Positions 9,025-17,489 of a DNA stretch of 32,000 bases are shown here, one piece after another. Where the stretch lies: contig CAZETV010000001.1 of assembly GCA_964514965.1 (NCBI GenBank), positions 480,001 to 512,000 on the forward strand, given 5' to 3'. Within the stretch, counting starts at the first letter, position 1. The number at the start of each line of letters is the position of its first letter. The position numbers were made by a program, and so were the translations under genes. The notes under the pieces are model-generated. The model made no database searches. It saw nothing but the letters and a program-made list of their open reading frames with translations, and was not told the origin of the DNA. This stretch comes from Candidatus Hadarchaeota archaeon (GTDB lineage Archaea; Hadarchaeota; Hadarchaeia; Hadarchaeales; Hadarchaeaceae).

Positions 9025-10979
9025 AAGTAGAGGAATGGCTACCCGTAAGCGAGGATGTACGAGAAATCCTTGAGCGTTTCAAACAGGTCGAGAAACGTCC
9101 ACCGTATTTTTATGAACGCCTGTGCAAGATCGCTTATCGAATTTTTGGTAAACTCACACAAAACATGAAAGTGACCGAATCTACCCAGCGCGAGCTTGAG
9201 CAAGCAAAGCTCAGAATTTCAGCGCGAGAGTACTGGGCTGGGTTCTTCCTCATGTTGAGCATTCCTATTCTTATGAGCGTTCTTGGGTGGCTACTAACAG
9301 GTCTGACAGGCTCGAACATACTCGCGATGTGGTGGCTCCCTATGCTTGACTTAGTATTAGCATGCGCCTTGGGAATGGTATTCTACCTCTATCCTCCAAG
9401 CCTCGCCGGGATAAAGCGAAGCGAAGCTCAAGGGGGGGCAATTCACACTATTATGTTGTTAAGCTTCGCTCTCTATCATAAGCCCGACCTGCGCGGGGCA
9501 ACGATTTTAGCTGCTAACGAAAGCAAAGGCGAACTCGCGGGTGACCTTCAGCGCGGGCTGCTCGAACTCGATACTCGCCACCGCTATGAGAGTGTCCGAC
9601 ATATGCTCACTGTAATAGCTCATAGGTGGGGCGAAATCGATGAGGGCACGAGGCAGGCGCTTTTCGATATTCTCCGCTCTACTGGTGCGCTGGAGGAATC
9701 TTCTCGCATCTCTGATGTTAGCAGGGCACCACAACGTGTTCTTGGGAGCAGTGAAGCTCAGCTGAGCAAGCGTTTAAACGCGCTGGTAATGCCCACAATG
9801 GCGTTCATGGTATTCGGCTCGCTTGCGATAGTCGGGATAATAGGTCTCTCTCCATTGTTCGGCGCGATAGGGGCAAACTTTGTCCAACTGCACTTCTTCG
9901 TGCTTACAACCCTCTTACTCGTGGCCTCCTTTTTCACATTCACTACATACATGGGCAGTCTCAGGCCCACGACCCTACCTCCTCCCGAGGTGCCGGAGGA
10001 TGATCCTCGCCTGCCCTCACGAGGGAATTCAAGAATCTTCTCGCGAGAAGTTCCATCTTGGTTGCCACCGCTCTTGGTTTTCCTTGCTATCGCTTGGCCA
10101 GGTTTCCTCTATTTCGGGGGCATTAAGGCGGGTACGTTAGGAGCGCTCGTTCAATGGGTGAACGCGTTTTGGTTCATCTGGGCTACGGCTGCGGCGGTTG
10201 CTGTCTACGCATATCTCTACGCTGGGCAGCGAAAGAAGTTTCGAGAAGAAGAAAGGACAAAGGCAATTGATTGGGTAGCGGCGCTCAACACTATCGGTTC
10301 ACGCATGATTGACGGGAAACCAATGAGCCAGGCGATGGTCGAGACTGCTGAGTTAATGCCAGAGTCGCCTGTCTCGAATCAGCTCCACGAAATCGTCGAA
10401 AGCACTGAAAAGCATGCCATAGATGTGCGCCGCGCGCTATTTGAGCGAGGGTTGGTCAAGCGAACCTTTAACCCCCTCATCCAAAGCTTCCTAAACGTGA
10501 TTACACGCATTCGACGGAGTTCGGAAGCTGCAGCAGGACAGGCGTGCATGATGGCGGCAGATTTCCTCTCGACGTTGCATTTAGTCGAACACCGCTTCCG
10601 TGATCGGATAGAGGAGGCGATGGGAAATCTCTGGTTAGTCACAGTAGTTCTGTTACCGACCGTCTGCGCGATGTCAGTCTGGGTGATGGAGTTCATGTCT
10701 GGTGTCTCGTTCACAGTGGCGGGTGAGTCTGCGGGTGCTGGACTGACGAATCTACCCCTCCTGCTGGGCGCAATGGAGGCCAGCGAACTCGTTCTCCTGA
10801 AACTCGTGATGGGTCTAACGGCTATAGCTCTCGCGGCGGTGATGGCTCGCTACATGGCAGTGATAAGTGCTGGCAACGATAAAGTCGAGCTTTGGATTAC
10901 GATGGGTAAAACCGTCTTGTCCACTACGATAGTTTTCACTGTCGCATACTTAGGTTTCGGTTTAATTAAGGGAGCGTAG
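8997..10979 (+). CDS. TadC/FlaJ-like type II secretion membrane protein with apparent tandem halves
   Basis: 660 aa. Two hydrophobic halves, each with T2SSF-like soluble loops (AALNTIGSRMIDGKPMSQAMVETAELMP in the second). GTG start overlaps the ATPase gene by 28 nt. Confidence 0.82.
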   Translation: MEKLVEDSLKVEEWLPVSEDVREILERFKQVEKRPPYFYERLCKIAYRIFGKLTQNMKVTESTQRELEQAKLRISAREYWAGFFLMLSIPILMSVLGWLLTGLTGSNILAMWWLPMLDLVLACALGMVFYLYPPSLAGIKRSEAQGGAIHTIMLLSFALYHKPDLRGATILAANESKGELAGDLQRGLLELDTRHRYESVRHMLTVIAHRWGEIDEGTRQALFDILRSTGALEESSRISDVSRAPQRVLGSSEAQLSKRLNALVMPTMAFMVFGSLAIVGIIGLSPLFGAIGANFVQLHFFVLTTLLLVASFFTFTTYMGSLRPTTLPPPEVPEDDPRLPSRGNSRIFSREVPSWLPPLLVFLAIAWPGFLYFGGIKAGTLGALVQWVNAFWFIWATAAAVAVYAYLYAGQRKKFREEERTKAIDWVAALNTIGSRMIDGKPMSQAMVETAELMPESPVSNQLHEIVESTEKHAIDVRRALFERGLVKRTFNPLIQSFLNVITRIRRSSEAAAGQACMMAADFLSTLHLVEHRFRDRIEEAMGNLWLVTVVLLPTVCAMSVWVMEFMSGVSFTVAGESAGAGLTNLPLLLGAMEASELVLLKLVMGLTAIALAAVMARYMAVISAGNDKVELWITMGKTVLSTTIVFTVAYLGFGLIKGA

Positions 10980-11164
10980 CTAACATCGAAGTTCTACCGC
11001 TTAACGAGCAGCGAAAGCGGGCTTCGCAGTTGCTTGGCGAGGAGACAGGTATGGGTATACCCCCCACGCAATCTGCTGGTGCGGTTTCTAGAACGCGCAC
11101 ACTTTTGGGTGAGTTTATCCATCGGCTCCAAAAGGGCGCAGAGGTATAGATTAGAATATTTAAA

Positions 11165-11332
11165 ATGGGTTGGAAAATTTCAAAATCGCTTCACGGGCCA
11201 GTGCGCTGCCATTACTGCGGTAAATCAGCGCGGGTGATGGCGATGGATAGAGAGCAAGCGAATTTATACTCCAGTAAGTTCGGAATGTTCGAAATCTCAG
11301 TGCGAAAGTTAAAACGTGAATTAATCATTTAA
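11165..11332 (+). CDS. Small hypothetical protein with CxxC knuckle (not in the supplied ORF track)
   Basis: 55 aa read by eye: MGWKISKSLHGPVRCHYCGKSARVMAMDREQANLYSSKFGMFEISVRKLKRELII. One CHYCGK motif. Confidence 0.4.
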   Translation: MGWKISKSLHGPVRCHYCGKSARVMAMDREQANLYSSKFGMFEISVRKLKRELII

Positions 11333-11434
11333 ACGAAAAATAACTCATTCCTAAACCGAACCTGATTTATACACCTTACTATATACCCAGCACCAAGTTT
11401 AAATGCGACGCGTAATTAGATGGGTGGTGGTGAA

Positions 11435-12757
11435 ATGGCTTCTAAATCCGAAATCATGCAACTCGCGAAAAAAGAAGAGATAAAGTTCGTTCAGATGCAG
11501 TTCATGGACATTTTAGGCACAGTCAAAAATGTAACAATCCCGATCACTAAGCTCGAAAAAGCTCTTGAGGAGGGCGTGTTCTTTGATGGGTCCTCAATAT
11601 TGGGATACACTACGATTGAGGAGTCCGACATGCGCCTTAAGCCGGACCCTAACACTTTTGTCGTGCTTCCTTGGCTCCAAGACAACATGGAAACAGCCCG
11701 CATCGTGTGTGATGTGTACGACCATGAAGACAACCGGTTCGATGGAGATCCGCGGGCGGCCCTCCAAAGGTTGATGAACCGCGCCCAGAAGAAGGGCTGG
11801 GTCTTCAACACCGCTCCGGAATACGAGTTCTTCCTCTTCATGCTGGACGAGCGAGGGAGTCCGACGACGAAACCCTCCGATCACGGGGGCTACTTTGACT
11901 TGATGCGCGACCGTGGCGATACTGTTCGAAAAGAAATAGTCACCTATCTCAATGCAATGGGTTTTGACGTTGAGGCTTCCCATCATGAAGTTGCACCTGG
12001 ACAGCACGAAATTGACTTGGCGTACTCTGACGCTATAACGTCAGCCGACCGTGTTGCTATGATGAAGTACGTTACGAAAAATATCGCCAACAAACACGGA
12101 CTTTACGCCACTTTCATGCCTAAGCCAATCTTTGGGATCAACGGCTCTGGGATGCATGTCCACCAGTCACTGATGACGCAAAACAAAAGCGTTTTTTACG
12201 ACCCTAAAGGCATATATAAGCTAAACAAGCTCGCGTTTTACTTCATCGGGGGCATGCTGAAGTACGCGAGGGAAACATGCGCGGTTCTCGCCTCATCGGT
12301 CAACTCTTACAAACGTTTGGTTCCAGGGTATGAAGCACCTGTTTACATATCATGGGCCAACCGAAATCGAAGCGCCTTCATTCGTGTACCAGCGGGTAGA
12401 GGCGCACGAACGCGCATCGAACTTCGTAACCCCGATCCGGCTGGTAACCCATATCTTCAGTTCACGGTGATGCTCGCCGCCGGATTGAAGGGGATTGAGG
12501 ACAAGATCGAGCCACCCGAACCAGTCGAGAAAGATATCTTCCGCATGAGCGTCGAAGAACGGGAGACCTTGGGTATAGGGTCCTTGCCGGAGAACCTCGG
12601 GCAGGCGCTTGATTGTATGAAACAAAGCAGCTTGATTCGGGAGGCGATGGGGGACCACCTCTTCAATCACTTCCTCTACATTAAAGGTCAAAATTGGGAA
12701 AACTACAGGGCTCAAATCAGCGATTGGGAAATAAAAACGCTTTTGCCATCACTTTAA
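11435..12757 (+). CDS. glnA: Glutamine synthetase type I
   Basis: Full ORF 11420-12757. Motifs VQMQFMDILGTVKN, FDGSSILGYTTIEESDM, NGSGMHVHQSL, NRNRSAFIRVPAGRG. The start at ATG 11435 is preferred because GGTGGTGA precedes it. Confidence 0.97.
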   Translation: MASKSEIMQLAKKEEIKFVQMQFMDILGTVKNVTIPITKLEKALEEGVFFDGSSILGYTTIEESDMRLKPDPNTFVVLPWLQDNMETARIVCDVYDHEDNRFDGDPRAALQRLMNRAQKKGWVFNTAPEYEFFLFMLDERGSPTTKPSDHGGYFDLMRDRGDTVRKEIVTYLNAMGFDVEASHHEVAPGQHEIDLAYSDAITSADRVAMMKYVTKNIANKHGLYATFMPKPIFGINGSGMHVHQSLMTQNKSVFYDPKGIYKLNKLAFYFIGGMLKYARETCAVLASSVNSYKRLVPGYEAPVYISWANRNRSAFIRVPAGRGARTRIELRNPDPAGNPYLQFTVMLAAGLKGIEDKIEPPEPVEKDIFRMSVEERETLGIGSLPENLGQALDCMKQSSLIREAMGDHLFNHFLYIKGQNWENYRAQISDWEIKTLLPSL

Positions 12758-12776
12758 CAGTTCGGTTCTGTTTTAA
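12756..12776 (+). terminator. Possible glnA terminator hairpin
   Basis: AACAG-TTCGGTT-CTGTT followed by TTTT immediately at the glnA stop, between convergent genes. Confidence 0.35.
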
Positions 12777-12796
12777 AAAAGTATGATTAAATCGTT

Positions 12797-13735
12797 TTAT
12801 TTTGAATTCTTTCTCATCGGTTCAATTTTTAAAGTCAATTTTTTCAGCACAGGAATTCGTTTCTTAATCAATTTTTCAATCTTTTCTACTATTTCATTCG
12901 CAACATAAACAGAAAGATTTCCATCCACTTTAATACGCATTTCCCCAACAATGTACGGTCCTGACTTTCTGAGATTAACCTCGTGAACCTCTTCAACACC
13001 CTCTACGCTCTCGGCTATACTTTTGACACTACCTCTAGTGCCCGGACAAGCACAACCGTCCATAAGGATGAGCGAAGATTCCCTTATCGCGCCGTATGAA
13101 ATTGCAAAGATAAAAATAGCTATTATCATGGCAGCGACAGCCTCTGCTTGATAATATCCCAAATAAGAGAAAATCAAGCCCAAAAAGACTATTGATGACG
13201 CCATCCCTGTCTTTATCGAATTTTTCGCGTCTGTTTTAAGTGCTACTGAACCAAACGTATTTGCCACTTTTCTTTTGTATACGGCTAATATGAAAAAAGC
13301 TGCAGCAGAAAAAGATGACACAATTAACCCAACGATAGGGAAGGTTAACTCTTTAGGATTAATTAGAGACAAGTACGAACTATAAAAAATCCAGATGCCG
13401 ATAAACACGAGAAAAATGGCTACAATCATTGAAGCAAAATTTTCCATCTTGTAATAGCCGAACTGAAATTTTTCACTAGGACTCTTGTGTAGCATTCTCA
13501 AGCCGATCAATACAATTAATGAAACAAATGCATCGGCAATCGTGTGAACCCCATCCCCTCTCAGTGCAACACTGCCAGATAGAAATCCCGTGAAAAGTAA
13601 AAGACATCCAAGAGAAATTAATGTGAATATAGATATTTTTGTAATCTTTTCGCCTTTTGCTAATTTATCATCAAATTGCATTTTATTCTTTTTCCCCTCG
13701 TATAATATTACATGTTCACTTTCTAAAAATTTCAC
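12797..13735 (-). CDS. Cation diffusion facilitator (CDF) family transporter
   Basis: 312 aa, N-terminal TM bundle with GDGVHTIADAFVSLIVLIGLR and FQFGYYKMENFASM, C-terminal GPYIVGEMRIKVDG domain. Confidence 0.9.
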   Translation of the reverse strand: MKFLESEHVILYEGKKNKMQFDDKLAKGEKITKISIFTLISLGCLLLFTGFLSGSVALRGDGVHTIADAFVSLIVLIGLRMLHKSPSEKFQFGYYKMENFASMIVAIFLVFIGIWIFYSSYLSLINPKELTFPIVGLIVSSFSAAAFFILAVYKRKVANTFGSVALKTDAKNSIKTGMASSIVFLGLIFSYLGYYQAEAVAAMIIAIFIFAISYGAIRESSLILMDGCACPGTRGSVKSIAESVEGVEEVHEVNLRKSGPYIVGEMRIKVDGNLSVYVANEIVEKIEKLIKKRIPVLKKLTLKIEPMRKNSK

Positions 13736-13768
13736 TAATTTAAAATCTAATTTTTAAATTTACCAAAT

Positions 13769-13974
13769 GCGGGGATTCGACCGCGCGACTACTCCGCAGC
13801 GGTTCGGTCTCCCTCTCCGTACTTTTTGCCGTGCAATCTTTTTCCAGCACTTCAGCTTCAACGCGCCCTACCACGCGTCTTATCCACTGCCTTCCCTAGC
13901 CGCGCTAGGTTCTTCCATGGCTCCCCTTTGCCCTTAGACAAAAGTTTAGCCTTCTTTGCTGGCTTCCTCCCCAC
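13769..13974 (-). ncRNA. Candidate structured non-coding RNA of unknown family (about 206 nt)
   Basis: GC-rich island bounded by AT-rich DNA. Ends can pair (GTGGGGA/TCCCCGC, 7 bp with one G.U). Internal perfect stems CCTAGC/GCTAGG and ACGCG/CGCGT plus a terminal 12-bp interrupted hairpin. TTTAAATA lies about 26 nt upstream of the 5' end. Confidence 0.45.
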
Positions 13975-13999
13975 CATTAGCTTTTCAGCAATATTCAAC

Positions 14000-14007
14000 T
14001 ATTTAAA
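14000..14007 (-). promoter_or_regulatory. Archaeal BRE/TATA-like element for the 13769-13974 transcript
   Basis: Minus-strand GCAAAAACTTTAAATAG centred about 26 nt upstream of the RNA's paired 5' end. Confidence 0.45.
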
Positions 14008-14082
14008 GTTTTTGCGTGTTACTAAAAATGTAACAAACTTACGTTTAAGTTTAAAAGTAAATTAAAATTTGCGGCGGTTAAG

Positions 14083-14769
14083 ATGCCCTTAAAATCGCAG
14101 GTCAATAAATGCGCTTCCGCTCCAACGATTGCGGTCTTCACTATATTCTTGATCCTGTGCTCAAGCGTAGCGATAGTTACTTTTCAGTCTCTAGAAGAGC
14201 GAGGGGTCTCAACGATTATTCTGGAGAGTGCTGCTGATCTAGTTCGCGCTACAGCATCGCAAGTTGAAAGCGAACTAAATTCAACGCTCGAGAGCTCGAT
14301 AGTTGCTGCGATGTATGATGTCGGCTTAACGGGTGGTACGCGTGAAAATGTGGAAAATTACATTCGCGAATACATGAACGCGCATATCTCTGACATCAAC
14401 GCCTCTTCAAGCTCACCCCTTAAAGTCACCGTACCCCTATGCGACGAAAACTCGCTCATGATTGAGTGGTCACCTAATGGAGGCATTTGCGCGGGGGGTT
14501 ATCTAGACGCCAGCTTTGAGCATGTGATGGGCCCTAAAGCATTTGGGTTAAGTTTACATGCAATGTCCCGCCCGAGGTTTGAAAGGATAAAACAAGTAGC
14601 TGAATTATCTGCGGTGATGGTGGCGAACGCAGACATCGTGGAGTTGGAGCGAGTGCTTAACGAGAACTATGCGTGCGAAGGGCTTACGGTTGAGCTGGTG
14701 GATGAGAACGGTATAGTTTCAGTGACTGTGCGGGACATCTTTGGGGCTCGAGGAGTATTCGTTCCTTAA
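14083..14769 (+). CDS. Membrane-anchored pseudopilin-like secreted hypothetical protein
   Basis: 228 aa, N-terminal TM APTIAVFTIFLILCSSVAIVTF followed by a long polar/helical region and an extracellular-type domain. Confidence 0.65.
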   Translation: MPLKSQVNKCASAPTIAVFTIFLILCSSVAIVTFQSLEERGVSTIILESAADLVRATASQVESELNSTLESSIVAAMYDVGLTGGTRENVENYIREYMNAHISDINASSSSPLKVTVPLCDENSLMIEWSPNGGICAGGYLDASFEHVMGPKAFGLSLHAMSRPRFERIKQVAELSAVMVANADIVELERVLNENYACEGLTVELVDENGIVSVTVRDIFGARGVFVP

Positions 14770-15761
14770 ACCACAGCTTCTAACTCGGGCTCCGATTGGA
14801 AAACAAAGCCAGGAGTATTTTCCAGATACCACCATGGCATAGCTTGATATTGCAAGATGTAACCGTCAAATTCTACCTGCCAAGTGAGGTAAGTGGAAAC
14901 GTTGGTAGTCACTGCAGCAGCTCGAATCGATGCGTTATTCGGTATGCTTACTACTAAATTATCGCTTATACGCCGCCAAGTCCGCGAGCGTAAATAACCA
15001 AGCGCCTGCGCAGGCGAGTACAGCCATCCACTCAAGTAAGCGTTTTCTGCACTGGGACAGAGTAAGGGGTTGTCAAATTCTCCCGAGTAATTATCGATGT
15101 TTGAAATAACCCAATTATTATCGACGAGTCCGATATTTTCACAGTTTTCGTACCCTTGAACACGAAGCAATATTGAACCAGTACGAACGAGTATCGAATC
15201 GCTATTTTCCCATTTGTATGCGTCAATGTCACGGGACACGTCAAAGTAGGCGGCGATAATCGCTGTTGCCTCGCGCTGGTTCTCTCGCGCGAAATAATAG
15301 AATTCCGGTGGTTCGCCTGAGGGTGTGTGAAAAACGTTTTCAGGTACCGTTTCAATCGGGGAGGCGCTGACGAGCACGACATCACCCGAGCACGTGAAAT
15401 AAACCCTTCCTCCAGGTGTGATGCTTGTACTCTCCATCTGCAACCCTACATTTGCAACGGTCCAGTAGCTTTCGCCTGCTCCAGTCCCCTCTGTTATCCT
15501 CACTATGAAGGTCGAGCGGTTCTCATCTATTTCGAGCTCATAACTTGAACCAGCTAATTGCAAGGGCAAGTCAAGAGTGGGCTGCTGTCCAGATAGAGCT
15601 GAAAAACAGGTTTTTGCTAAATCGTCCGCAAGCGCTTGGGCCTGAGCACTGACCTCGAATTCCCGCTGCTCCGTCAACTGCATGAAGAAGACCCCCGCAA
15701 GCAGAATAGCCATGAGAATCCCGAAGAGCAGATAGAACGGCAGCTCGTAGGTATCAGACAC
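14766..15761 (-). CDS. Membrane-anchored pseudopilin-like hypothetical protein
   Basis: 331 aa, N-terminal TM LPFYLLFGILMAILLAGVFFMQL, then a beta-rich extracellular-type region. Overlaps the neighbouring 120 aa ORF. Confidence 0.7.
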   Translation of the reverse strand: MSDTYELPFYLLFGILMAILLAGVFFMQLTEQREFEVSAQAQALADDLAKTCFSALSGQQPTLDLPLQLAGSSYELEIDENRSTFIVRITEGTGAGESYWTVANVGLQMESTSITPGGRVYFTCSGDVVLVSASPIETVPENVFHTPSGEPPEFYYFARENQREATAIIAAYFDVSRDIDAYKWENSDSILVRTGSILLRVQGYENCENIGLVDNNWVISNIDNYSGEFDNPLLCPSAENAYLSGWLYSPAQALGYLRSRTWRRISDNLVVSIPNNASIRAAAVTTNVSTYLTWQVEFDGYILQYQAMPWWYLENTPGFVFQSEPELEAVV

Positions 15762-16116
15762 TTACCGTCACCCCATTCTCCGTGCGCTTGATAACTAGCC
15801 GCGCCTGTTGCCCGCTGAGAGTCGGCCCACTGACCATGGCACCCGCATCGAAATTCTCCTGTGTCTGCCCGATTACGATCACTACTGATTTCTCTTCGAA
15901 TTGGAGTTCACAGTTTGTGGGCACCATGATGTCGAAGGGGAGAGAAGCCCCTACGTCTTGATCTGCTAGGAGCTTTACCTGCTGCGCGAGCTGCTCGGCC
16001 TGGTGTCTGAAAACGGTCTCTGTGCTCCCATTCTGATATTGTAAGTATAGTGTAGCGAAAATCGAGAGGAAAATTGCAACAAAGATAACACTCGCTAAGG
16101 TTCGAAGAGCCACCAT
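15754..16116 (-). CDS. Small membrane-anchored pseudopilin-like protein
   Basis: 120 aa, MVALRTLASVIFVAIFLSIFATLYLQY TM plus a short beta domain. Similar to the ORF at 27189-27542. Confidence 0.7.
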   Translation of the reverse strand: MVALRTLASVIFVAIFLSIFATLYLQYQNGSTETVFRHQAEQLAQQVKLLADQDVGASLPFDIMVPTNCELQFEEKSVVIVIGQTQENFDAGAMVSGPTLSGQQARLVIKRTENGVTVSV

Positions 16117-16238
16117 GCCATCGCCTTACTTTCTCACGCAGACATTGAACAAAAAGATTACTTTGCGACTCTTCCCCTAAGTTAAACACCAATGATTACT
16201 TATCGCGCAAATTTTAAACTCAGTATTTAATTATTAAG

Positions 16239-17489
16239 ATGGTATTCATGCCTGAGTTTCTCCACGTGGCCAAACTTGAGGATGCTTGCACAAAGCTTGA
16301 GAAACATTGGAAAATCAAGCCACGAAAAGTCAACGTGCCGCTCGATGAGGCCGCTGGACGTGTGCTGTCCGAAGATGTCGTCTCAAAGATCGATGTCCCT
16401 CCGTTTAATCGTGCTGTTTTTGATGGCTATGCAGTCCATGCTATGGACACATTTGGAGCCGGGGAAGAATCGCCCGTTGAACTCACTTGCGTGGGTAGCG
16501 TACGCGCAGGCGAGTGGCCGAAGATTAAAATCAGGAGGAGGCAGTGCACAGAGATTTCTACTGGCGCACCAATCCCAAGAGGTGCGAACGCCGTGTCCAT
16601 GGTTGAATACTCAACTGTGGATGCACAAGTCGTTCAAATTTTTCGCGCGGTTGCACCGGGAGAGAACATCTCCAAGAGAGGTTCAGAGATTAAACATGGG
16701 ATGAAGGTTTTGCACGCAGGAAGAGTGATAACACCCCAAATACTTGGAACACTCGCGGCAATCGGGAAAAAACGAGCCAAAGTTTACTCACCCAAAGTTG
16801 CGGTGATATCAAGCGGAATCGAGTTAGTCAGCGCGGGCTCCTCACTCAGACGGGGGAAAATATACGATGTAAACGGACCCGCGATCTGTCGAGCCGTCAA
16901 GCTCTGCGGGGCTGAGGCTAAATATCTCGGCATCGCGAAGGATGAACTCAGTAGCCTGACTAATTTTGTTAAAAGAGGGCTGGCAACCTGCGATGTGATA
17001 TTACTCTCGGGGGGGTCGTCAGCTGGTGCAGGGGATATCGCGCCAGCCGTGATTGACCGGATGGGAAAACCCGGTGTAATTGTGCACGGGCTTGCGATGA
17101 AACCTGGCAAACCAGCATTCGTGGCTGTCGTGCGGGGTAAACCGATTTTTGGGCTTCCTGGCTATCCGGTTTCCGCACTGATGGTTTTCGACCAGCTAGT
17201 TGCACCTTACCTGCGCCACCTGAGCGGCTTACCGCGAGTTGAACGGGCAAAAGTTCAGGCGAAGTTAGCATCTAAAATCATCTCGGCGCGGGGGAGACGA
17301 GAACTCGTGCCAGTGAAGCTCGTTCAAGAAGGGAGAGAAGTTTGTGCTAAACCGCTATTCAAAGGTTCGGGTGCGATAACTGCGCTCTCGCTGGCCGACG
17401 GATACATTGATGTGCCGATCAATCGAGAAATCGTCGAAGAAGGCGAAGTCATCGAGGTCAACTTGTTCAGAGGTGTCGAGGTTGCTTAG
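16239..17489 (+). CDS. moeA: Molybdopterin molybdenumtransferase MoeA (copy 2)
   Basis: 416 aa; RVLSEDVVSKIDVPPFNRAVFDGYAV, TGAPIPRGANAVSMVE, SGGSSAGAGD, FGLPGYPVSALMVFD motifs. Confidence 0.97.
   Translation: MVFMPEFLHVAKLEDACTKLEKHWKIKPRKVNVPLDEAAGRVLSEDVVSKIDVPPFNRAVFDGYAVHAMDTFGAGEESPVELTCVGSVRAGEWPKIKIRRRQCTEISTGAPIPRGANAVSMVEYSTVDAQVVQIFRAVAPGENISKRGSEIKHGMKVLHAGRVITPQILGTLAAIGKKRAKVYSPKVAVISSGIELVSAGSSLRRGKIYDVNGPAICRAVKLCGAEAKYLGIAKDELSSLTNFVKRGLATCDVILLSGGSSAGAGDIAPAVIDRMGKPGVIVHGLAMKPGKPAFVAVVRGKPIFGLPGYPVSALMVFDQLVAPYLRHLSGLPRVERAKVQAKLASKIISARGRRELVPVKLVQEGREVCAKPLFKGSGAITALSLADGYIDVPINREIVEEGEVIEVNLFRGVEVA

Noticed and set aside
13769-13813. tRNA-like TCGAATC sequence at the 3' end of the minus-strand GC-rich island
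   Set aside because: The sequence GCGCG-GTCGAAT-CCCCG has no 5-bp T-stem or canonical TTC of the T-loop, and no D- or anticodon arm could be placed. Treated as part of an unknown RNA instead.
13769-13974. Considered RNase P RNA or SRP RNA for the structured island
   Set aside because: GGAGGAAG occurs at the 5' end and GGAAGGCAG inside, but they are not in the right structural context. The ACAGAA-type RNase P core and the SRP helix 8 sequence are missing. Needs a covariance search.
13826-14065. Plus-strand 79 aa ORF over the structured island
   Set aside because: Composition unlike protein, antisense to the island, and no motif. Probably spurious.
14766-14769. Overlap of convergent ORFs ending at a shared TTAA
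   Set aside because: Just two convergent genes sharing a palindromic stop (TAA on both strands). Not a functional signal by itself.
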